From: the human T2T-CHM13v2.0 reference genome, Homo sapiens
Assembly: GCF_009914755.1 (NCBI RefSeq)
Contig: NC_060929.1
Reading direction: 5' to 3' (one strand)
Length of the DNA stretch: 64,000 nt
Part shown: piece by piece, positions 54,881 to 64,000 of the stretch
How the letters are laid out: each line of letters begins with the position of its first letter
How positions within the stretch are numbered: the first letter of the stretch is position 1
Program-made: the position numbers and the translations under genes
The notes under the pieces: model-generated
Told to the model about the DNA's origin: nothing
Databases searched by the model: none
Seen by the model: only the letters and a program-made list of their open reading frames with translations

Positions 54881-55734
54881 GCTGCACCCACTGTCCAACC
54901 AGTCCCAGTGAGATTAACCAGGTACCTCAGTTGGAAATGCAGAAATCACCCTCTTCTGCATCAATCATGCTGGGAGATGCAGACCAGAGCTGTTCCTATT
55001 CAGCCGTCTTGGAATGGACCTGGGGGCTCAATTTTTTTTTAATTTATTTTTTAAGAATGGCTATTTATATATTATGGGAAAGTTTTTTATAGAGCACTGG
55101 AAAATGCTAGCAAGAAGGCTCAGGCTGTTGGAAGAAATGTTGTTTTGTATGTTGTGAAGATGAAATTGTAACCTTGGAAACATAGAAGAGTGCATTGTTC
55201 ATTGTCAAGTGCCACCTTTCCAGCCTATCTCTGATCTCATACGGGTTTGGGGTTGTTACATGAGTGTTAATTTTGTCTTTCTAAATGCAGAACAAAGATC
55301 TAGTACCTTTTGTACTGCTCTTTTATAGTTCCCAGTACTGTGATGGGTGCATAAAAGGGCAACCAATTGAGCTCTAGCATTCCTGTCCACAGCCATGTAA
55401 GGATAAAACATCTGCCTCTTTACACACCCAAAAGCAATCTCTGTGACATCTGCACTCCCACAGAGCTGAATCCAGGTTACACTCCGTTGCTTTGGGCTCT
55501 TGGGTTGGATATTGAGGAAGTCATTCTTAGCCAAGGCATCCCAGTTAACCCTCTTATCTGACCTCACCCCTAAAGAAAATATATCAGTATTTTTTTTCTC
55601 CTATGCAGTTTGCTACATTTCAGGAAGCTTGACTAGCAAATTAGAATTAAAACTTAATTTTATGTCTCCTTCTGATTTCCTTATCCCTAGATCTAAGTAT
55701 GTAATTCAAGCCCGTCTCCCCACTATCCTTTGGA

Positions 55735-55810
55735 CACACACAGACGCACACAGGTGCATGCATGCACGCATGTGCACGCGCACACACACACACACACACA
55801 AACACACACA
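55735..55810. repeat. Alternating purine-pyrimidine / (CA)n tract
   Basis: 55754-55800 alternates perfectly (47 nt). Confidence 0.9.
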
Positions 55811-56169
55811 GTAGGAGAACCACTGATTTTTCACTTCCTGAGAAGCTTCTTTGAATTCTTTGTAACCTTCAAACTATGAGAGATTTGCCTTGAGATATTA
55901 CCTTTAAGTTAACAATTGTGTTTTAATATGTCTACCCTCTTATAGGATCCCCACTGATGATGTCTAGAGAGCAGAAAGCAAATTTTAAGCTGCCAGAAAG
56001 AGTCAACATGGAAATGCACAGAATTTTGTGAGAGTTGACAGCTGAGATAGTGTAATTATGAACATTTTCATAAAGGAGATTTTAGTATACAGTGGAAGGC
56101 ACAGAGGAACTTAAAAGACATGATGTAGGATTGAAGGCAATGCCAACTGTGCACCCTAATACATCAGAC

Positions 56170-57460
56170 TCCTAGGCATTTCACACTTAACATTTCCAAA
56201 GCTGAACCTTCAAGCCCCAAACCTCTCACCTACCAAACTCTGCCTTCAAATATTCACTCCCTTACCTCCTGCCCTGTAGCTCAGTAAATGGCTGTTGCCT
56301 CTCCAATTGCCAAGCAACACGAGGATTATCCCTCACTCTGCCTCCTTTCTCATTCCCAAGCCCCATCAGTTACCAACCCCTGCCAGTTCTCAAAATGTAA
56401 CTTGTCTTGCCCTACCTCCACTCCAGTTCAGGTTGCTATTGTTTCTTAGCTGAATGACTACAATAATCTCCCACCTGGCCACTCATATCATGTACTCCTC
56501 TTTCTAGCAGATGCCACAAGGTAACCAGAGTGATCATGTTTAGTTCACACCTTCTCCTGCTTAAAACTCTTCAGTGACTTCTCATTTCTGAAGAAAATTC
56601 AAAACCGTTAAAATGGAGTATGAAGGCAAAATGGGTAGATAGACTTACCAGATATCTGGACATACCACAAAGCCACAGAAACAAAGATAATATGACATTG
56701 GTACAAGAATAGATAAATAGACAATAAGACAGCCTACAAGTCTGAGTCAGACTCAAATATATTTGGGAATTAATATGTACCAAAGTGATACCACATAATA
56801 GTGGGAAAAAATAATGATTGTTTGGTAGATAGTGTTGAGGAAACTGCCTTCCATTTGAATTCCTACATAACTACATACTGAAGTAGACTCCAGAGAGAAT
56901 AAAGACTTAATATGAAAAGTAAAACTCAAATGTTGATAGAAGAAAATATATAGAATGAACTAGGAAAGGAAAGGATTTCTTTGTGAAATCCCAAGACGCA
57001 ATCCATTAGTAGAAACAAACGTTTTCTTACATCAAAATTAAACATTTCTGTTCATCAAAGAACAGCATGGGCAATATTAAATTTTTCTATCTCCCTTAAG
57101 CATCAAACTCCAAGCACATAGTCTTTCTCTCTGTCCCTTAAGTATATACCAAGCTCTTTTTTGCAGAGGGCCAAATACACTTGTCTATGTTTTTGCTAAA
57201 ATGTCTCTCCCCTAACAAGGTCTTTCCTGACCACCCGAGTTAGAGGAGGTCTCACTGCATGTGATCTCATTTCACCTTCTACTTTGTGTTCACTGCAAAC
57301 GTTGAGACTGCAATTATATGATCGCTTACAGAACTCAGTTAAGTGTCTATGCCCCCTGGTAGTTTGTAGACTCCGGCAGACCAGGGGCTACCTGCTCAGC
57401 CTTTAGAACAGTGCTTTATGCTTAGAAGACAGATGAAAATGTTAATACAGTGGATTAATA
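56170..57460 (+). mobile_element. L2 split by an old L1M fragment (about 56600-57080)
   Basis: L2: ACTTAACATTTCCAAAGCTGAAC, CTGCTTAAAACTCTTCAGTGACTTCTCATT, CTTTCCTGACCACCC; L1M: AATAAAGACTTAATATGAAAAGTAAAAC, TACATCAAAATTAAACATTTCTGTTCATCAAAG. Confidence 0.6.
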
Positions 57461-58844
57461 AGGGGCAGTTGAAAGAGGGCACATTCACTACCACATGCCA
57501 GATGAGTGCTACATGCCCAGCACAGATTCCAGGCATGTTTTGACCTTTATGTCCACAAGAATTTGAGTAATAATGTGTGCTCCTGCTTCTTTCTGTCACC
57601 TATGCTTCTTTCTGTCACCTAGAGACTCAACATCTCAAGTCTAATTTGTATCTTCTACCATTCCTTGCACTGCATTAGGAAGTGAACAAATATTTGCTGG
57701 CTATATATCTATATGGCCTCCTCCCACCACACTGCTTTTTATATGTTTAGATTATAACATCACTCATGCTTAATGGCTTGCCTTTTGAAAACTGACAGTT
57801 ACTGTCAACTTTTATGTAATTATTTCTTTTGTTGACAACTCTCACTCTCTGTTGACTCTTAATTTGATCTGAGCATTCAGTTATTCAGCAAATATTTATT
57901 GAAAGCCTAATGGGTGCCAGGAATATGTGGGGCACTAGAAAAGCTGGCAGTCCCCTTGCAGTGGTGACAGATGAACATGACCTCTCAAAGAAATCATTGA
58001 GAGAAAACAGCTAAACTTAGTGAAGTATTGAGAGAGACCAAAATGCTCCCAAATTTGGGCACAGTGCAGAGAGTAGCTGAATAGGAATGCTACAATGGGA
58101 AAAATGGACTGTTTCCCAGCTTATTTTGAGAAAGAGCTTCACAGTGTAGCTTCATTATTCATGACTGGAAAAAAATTTCAAAACAATAGAAATCTACCCA
58201 AGCATATTTATAAAAAGAGACTCCAAGAAAATAGAAATAACTGTACTATAGTATTGTTTTTCAGTAACTTGCTATGCTTTTAAAAGGATCAATTCAGAGA
58301 CAACTTAAAGCATCCTATTGAAAATAATAATGTTAATAATAGAGATATTTGATGCCTGCTGAAGAAAAACTTACAAACTATCCTTTGAAAATGATTTTAA
58401 TGACAAATCTCACTTTGTAGAAGCCAGTTTTTTCCAGGTGATATTCAAAGTTAGTGTTATTTTAGTAAACATAGAGCACTGCGACCAATGCATTGTGATG
58501 ACTGTGGAGAAGTCACTATGTTCTGACTACCCAGTGTTGAGAGCCTTCCAGAAGAGTGCTTGTGCAGAGAGAGCCCTGGGTGAAGAATTTGCTGTGAGAG
58601 GACCCATGGACTATTCCTTTAGTATTTCCAAAGGCAAAATCTCATGGAAATATATTTTGTCTCAGTATAAGGGAGAATTTTCTAATGTGATCAAAAGTGA
58701 AATCATGTGTTCACAGTGTATCAGACTCCCTGCCAACTCAAAGATGGGGGCCTTTCCAAGGTCTCTTTCTGAAACTCAAGATCTTAGAATTTTGCAGCCT
58801 AATACAGCTTTCAATTATATAATAAAAAAACTTTGTATTTTATC

Positions 58845-59785
58845 ATAGTTTTATATGTACCATAAAACTGTGAAGCAAGTACAAGGGTATTTCTATACAT
58901 CCCAAACTCAGGCTTTCCTATTAACATCTAATATTAGTAGGTAAATTTTGTCACAATTAATGAACCAATAATGATACATTATTATTAACTAAAGTCCACC
59001 CTTTATTTTGATTACTTTGGTGTTTTTTTTTTTTAAAGTAATATCCTTTTTCTGTCCAAGGATTGTATCCCGGAAACCACCTTATGTATAGCTCTCATAT
59101 CTCCCTACGCTCTTGGCTGTGATAGTGTCTCAGATTTTCTTTGGTTTTGATGACCTCGACAGTTTTGAAGGGTACTGATAAGGTATTTTGTAAAATGGCT
59201 GTCAATTGATATTTGCTATTTCCTCGTGTTTAGATGGGGATTATGGATGTTGAGGAGGAAGACCACAGAGGCAAAGTGCCATTGTCTTTTTATCATATCA
59301 AGGGTGCATGCTATCAACATGATATACCAGTCTTGATGTTGCTTTTGGTTAGCTGGCTGAGGTAGTGTTGGTCAGATATCTCAAATGTAAAATTACTCTT
59401 TTATTTCCCCTTTCTATACGGTGCTCTTTGAAATGAAGATACTAGGCACAGATCACCATTAAGGAGTGAGGATTTAATCTATGTAGATTTTTTGGAATTC
59501 CTCTGTCTGGGTAGATTTGACTATTCAACCTCATTTATCTGTTCATTTATATTTGTATAGACTCATGGATATTTATTTTATGCTCTGGGTTATAATACAA
59601 TACTGCATTATTTGTTTTGTTCCTCAAATGCTTTCAGCTTTAGCTGTTGAAAGCTCTTTCAGTTGTCTTCTGTGTCACTTTGACATATCCCTATGATTGT
59701 AAGATTTTGGTTTTTTTGTTTTTTAAACACTTCCTTTCTGGCATTAAAAGATGCTGCAGCCTCCTGTTGAGGATTTCTTGTGCCA
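58845..59785 (-). mobile_element. L1MC-like 3' end
   Basis: TTTGTCACAATTAATGAACCAATAATGATACATTATTATTAACTAAAGTCCA...GAAGACCACAGAGGCAAAGTGCCAT...GCCATTTCTCTAAGGAGC. Confidence 0.8.
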
Positions 59786-59849
59786 GCCATTTCTCTAAGG
59801 AGCTCTCCTCATGTAGCTTTTGTTTGTTTGTTTATAGTTTTAAAGTGGT

Positions 59850-60070
59850 TCTAGAGTCATTTCAGGTACTTTACACATATTTTTCTTTATTTTGGGGGGT
59901 CTTTTTTTCAACATCATTATGTAGCCTTTAACTTCATTTCACAGATGCAGAAACTAAACAGAAACTAAAAGAGAAATGATTTACCCAAGGCCATACAATT
60001 ACCATAGAAGTGGAGTTGTTATAAAGCCTAAATTGTTTGCCTCCAGAGCTCACACTCTGAACCTTTACTT
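59850..60070 (-). mobile_element. MIR SINE
   Basis: CATTTCACAGATGCAGAAACT...TGATTTACCCAAGGCCATACA. Confidence 0.6.
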
Positions 60071-61126
60071 TACAAGGTCAGTCTCACTTGTTACCTAAGT
60101 TAGTGTTAGATAGAAACAGTGCTGCTGTGACCAGCCTGCCCTTTTGTTAGGAGGAAAGGTGAAAATAAGCCAAGTTTTCCTCTGGCAAGTCTCCCCTCAG
60201 GATTCCAGCCACGCTAAGAGTTCAAAGCCCTTCCTGAATGTGGGAGTTGTTGTGTGCTGTCTCGTGGTTTTCACTATTTATCTGAATTCCCAGATCAGAT
60301 TGTTAGCTCTTCAGAGAGCAAGGAAAATATACTACACTGTAGGATTATTAAGGTAAGTAACTTCTGTCAGCCACATCACATCAAAACAGGCTGTGATGAT
60401 ATGGTTGCTATCAAATACAAATATGAAAATCTGCACCTTTCATACCAGGAGAGCATAAATCTTGATTGAAGTGATATCATATTCCCTCCCCTTTCCTCCA
60501 CTTTTGAAAGCCACCTGGGGATGGGTGTTGGCTGCCATTCTGCCATGTGCAGGTGACTGGACTGGGCTGGCCAATCCAGTCTGCATCCCCACCAGTTTTA
60601 GAAGGAAAAAGACATTAGACAGCCCACAATTTTCTTACCTCTATGACTTTCTTTTTTCATTTCAACTTGATAAAATTGTGTCTATTCTTTTCAAGGCTTA
60701 GCCCAAGTGTTCATTCCTTCAGGAATTCTTCTTTGCTTCCTGCTCCACAGCCCCAAACTGAGAATAATCTCACCCTTCAGGGAAGTCCCCCAAACATCTC
60801 ATAGCTCCGAAATCACTCTTGCTATTCTCTGGCTAGCATATTTGTGACCATCTCCTGGTCTCCATTAGAATATAAGACTTAGAAGGTAAAGACTGAACTT
60901 TGCCTGTCTTCTGCTTGCTCACAACTTGTAGGACAATGATTTTTATGTATTTGGGGCTCAAAGCATTGAGCTATTATTGAATTTTCAGGCAGTAATATAC
61001 CAGATAGTGACAAAGGTTCCAAAAGCCAGGAATGGCTACCAGATTCCTTTTTCCATGTTCTGTGTCAGAGATTCATCCTTTAATTTATGGCTTTAGTTTC
61101 CTCTAAGAAAATGACAACTTCTAAAC

Positions 61127-61496
61127 CAAGTGTTAGCACGCAGTGGCCTTTGAGCTACATTCAACCCTCTGCCTCTTCTTGTATCACCAGTGATCTAAGA
61201 ATGGTTTTCATGTTTTTAAGTGGTGGGAGGGGGAGACAAAACACAAAAAGAATATCTCATGTCATATTCAGATTATATTAAATTTTAAATATAAAATTAA
61301 AATTTTATGAAATTTAGATGTCATTTTCCATGAATAATATTTAATGAAATACAGTCATACCCTCTTTGTTTACATATGGCCTAAGGCAAGTTTTACACCA
61401 AAACAGCAGAGTTGAGTAGTTACAACAGGGACATACATCCCATGAAGCCTGAAATATTCAGTCTCAAGACTTTCAATAAAAAGTGTGCCAAGCCCT
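61127..61496 (+). mobile_element. MER58B (hAT-Charlie)
   Basis: CTAAGAATGGTTTTCATGTTTTTAAGTGGT...ACAGCAGAGTTGAGTAGTTACAACAG...AAAAAGTGTGCCAAGCCCT. Confidence 0.78.
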
Positions 61497-61945
61497 ATTC
61501 TGAGTCATGCCCAGAAATGTGTACCACTGTGTGAAAAAGTTGGGGAGCCCTTTAGATAAAGGGCAGAGTAGATACAGGCACAGACGGCCTAGAGGAAAAG
61601 GAATCTGGAGACAAGAAAAGGAAGAAAACGGAGGCAGAAGCATACTTGGGGACATCAGATCTCCTGGGTTTTGTATACATGCATTGCAAACATCTCTACA
61701 AAGGATTCTTATAGTTGGTGGGTATGCCCGAGGGGCAGATCTTGGGTATTTTACAGAACCTTCCTGCTCTTCTATAAGGACTCTGCATGGGTCTTTTGAA
61801 GAAAGGATGACATTAGGAGATTATCATTCATTTCTGATCATTCTGTATACCAAGACTAATATTTTCAGTAAGATCTAATGGGCTTTGTGTCTTAATTTTC
61901 TCTGATTCAACCATAATAATGTGTGTGTGTTCTGGGGGAATCTAT

Positions 61946-61947
<2 letters not shown>

Positions 61948-61983
<36 letters not shown>
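61948..61983. repeat. (TG)18 microsatellite
   Basis: Perfect TG run, with a shorter TG run at 61920-61930. Confidence 0.96.
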
Positions 61984-61984
<1 letters not shown>

Positions 61985-62189
61985 ATTTCTTTGGAAGAAA
62001 TCTGTTTTAGATAGATGCTAGTTAATTATCATGTACATAGGGATCTTTAAACATTTGGAGTTTTTGAGTAAAGACACATTGATTGGAACTTGGCTAAAGC
62101 CATTTCAGCCCCTTGGAGAGTTGTAATGACAGTTCTTTTTGTTTAGAAATCTATCATTTTCATGTCTTTCTCTTATTTTCTTATTGCAG

Positions 62190-62277
62190 GGTAATGCCCT
62201 GTACTTCAAGTCTGCCAGAAATGTTACAGTGAACATTCTCAATGACCAGACTAAAGTGCTAACTCAGCTTATAACAG
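62190..62277 (+). CDS. SGCD: Internal coding exon of delta-sarcoglycan (88 nt; starts phase 0, ends phase 1)
   Basis: Acceptor TCTTTCTCTTATTTTCTTATTGCAG| (AG 62188-62189) and donor CAG|GTAAGA (GT 62278-62279). Translates [30 protein letters not shown], matching delta-sarcoglycan ...[37 protein letters not shown]... as I recall it. Contains the N-glycosylation sequon NVT. Confidence 0.96.
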
Positions 62278-64000
62278 GTAAGAAAAGGGAGAACTTAACA
62301 GTGCCTAGCCCATGCGAGGCACTCAGAATACAGAATTAATGGTCAAAGGAAACACCATATGAACCTGAAAATAAAGTGTGCTAACACATTGTTGAGAAAG
62401 AGAATGTAGCATGTGTTCCATGATTCTACTAGAGGGTAGAATCCCATCCGTACACATATTAAACTTATGAAATCTAATGATACCTACTTAGTGGGGTAAG
62501 AAAAAAAATTTTTCTAAGCAGATTTTCATAGAACATGGCCCCTAAATATAAACCAGCTGCTTCATCAGGTGCTCAGCCAAAGAAAAGCTTCTTGCTCCAA
62601 TGCTGGAGGAAAAACAGGCTGTGTTGGATTGGTTGAGAGAAGAATGCAGTATCTATAAAGCCAGGGACCATACTTTATGGGCTGTGAAAGGGATTTTTAA
62701 CTATAGTTTGAACCCATGCCATATTTGCTGTACGTGCTGACTTTGAACCTAACTCAATTGCAGGATGTGGATGTATCTTTACTGAATATGTTTGTGTGTA
62801 ATTTCTTTTAATACAGCAGATCTGTGCCTAACGGCTGTGGAAAGCACCCACTGTGTTTTAAACTACAAATTCCTGAAATCTAAACAAGGACTGGTTATTC
62901 ACAATAATGATTATAATGATAAACATGGACCTCGTGATTTGGTAACGTGTTGAGCAGCACAATCAATGCCCACTCTGTAAGCAGTGAACAGGGAGGCATT
63001 ATGCACCCCCACAGTGGAAGGGAAAAGGAATGTATGTATGAATGGCATTGTTATACTTACAGACAGAAAATGCCATTTGTTTGGCTTCAGGGCTAAAAGT
63101 AAAGTATACGGATGGACATTTTGAGAAGCCAGTTACCCAAATGCCTCGAAACATTACTGTTATTGTGAATAAAATATCTGGAACCCACTAATAAGCCATG
63201 GGGAAACAGGTACCTTTGTGACCATAGTCTTCACTCCTGGGGAGGGAGCCTCACTCCCACTCTTCCCCTGGAGTGCTGCATGTAGATGTCTAGAGATTCA
63301 TAGCCAGTGGGTGACTTGGACCATCTGCCAATCAAGAAACTCAGGGATTGAAGGAACTGCTGCCCGGCAGAGCCCATAATCCATAAACATGTTGTTTCAG
63401 CGTGTGACTGGATCTTCCACCTTGCTTATATAACATCTGGCCCACAGTCACAATGCTAAATAATTAAATAAACAGCTTCAGTAAGCAATGATTTAAGCAG
63501 CGTGTGTGAAAATTGCCTCCAGGAGGGTAATAAATCCAACCTCCAGCTCCCAGATTTTCACATTCAAAAGGAACTTATTTAGCCTGTTGATCATTTCCCA
63601 TTTATTTGTAGTGGGAGATTTGGTTTATTTGAGATTTTGTTTTGATAAATCTGGAACTGCCCAAATGACTATTATTCAGCAAAAGAGTGAGTCAGTCTCT
63701 TTTTTTCCCCCCACTCTTCCTCTCCCTTCTCTCCCTACCCTTCTGACACCCCTTTTCCCCTCCCCTTCAGTGCTTCTCTCCCTATTCCTTCCCCTCTCTC
63801 CTACCACCCCTTTATCCCTTTCCTTCCCCTTCTCTCTTCTCGTCTCTCTTCTTCTTCCTCTCTTCCCTTGTTTCTTCCTCCTTCTCCCTCCTCCTGTGTC
63901 ACTATTCTTGACTCTATCCCTCCAGTGGTATTTGGTATTTGTTTTCTGTCTCCCTATGATGAATTCTAGAGAAGACATTAGATATGTTTAAAACATCATT
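62278..64000 (+). other. SGCD: SGCD intron (5' part of the next intron)
   Basis: Starts GTAAGA. The next SGCD coding sequence (PKAVEAYGK...) is not seen before the window ends. Confidence 0.85.
63697..63921. repeat. CT-rich polypyrimidine low-complexity tract
   Basis: About 220 nt almost all C/T on the + strand. Confidence 0.88.

Larger units (their letters stand above)
48892..55020 (-). mobile_element. Full-length L1PA (L1PA5/6-like, ~6.1 kb), antisense to SGCD; ORF1/ORF2 disrupted
   Basis: 5' end reverse complement GGTCCATTCCAAGACGGCTGAATAGG; ORF1, EN, RT ([10 protein letters not shown]) and C-terminal fragments in the ORF track; TSD TGGG(A/G)GCTCAA(A)TTTTTTT at 48880-48898 and 55021-55038. 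Confidence 0.97.

Noticed and set aside
57584-57621. 19-bp tandem duplication (similar 11-bp ones at about 7646 and 59949)
   Set aside because: Ordinary slippage micro-duplications.
63506-63991. 161-aa and 100-aa overlapping ORFs
   Set aside because: They arise from the CT-rich low-complexity tract, which lacks stop codons; no recognisable domain.

Overview
Primate (very likely human) genomic DNA, AT-rich and dominated by interspersed repeats. The only clear protein-coding segment is an 88-nt + strand exon at 62190-62277 encoding [29 protein letters not shown](G). I recognise this peptide as part of the extracellular domain of delta-sarcoglycan (SGCD, human 5q33; probably exon 5 in the usual numbering). 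Positions 1-62189 are therefore the 3' part of one long SGCD intron and 62278-64000 is the start of the next. The intron holds about 12 Alus, a full-length but ORF1/ORF2-dead L1PA antisense to SGCD (48892-55020), several truncated L1s (one twin-primed), MaLR/ERVL LTRs, hAT and Tigger fossils, MIR/L2 relics, microsatellites, a 106-bp duplication and a 3 x ~172-bp array. The best leads are: (1) an open L1 ORF0 with splice donors pointing at the SGCD exon, (2) a latent donor at +1 of that exon that would give an in-frame 29-codon deletion on re-splicing, (3) a hairpin-rich ~172-bp array, and (4) template-switch scars. Repeat subfamily names come from remembered consensus motifs, not from a search, and the edges of old repeats are approximate. 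No prokaryote-type systems (CRISPR, operons) are present.
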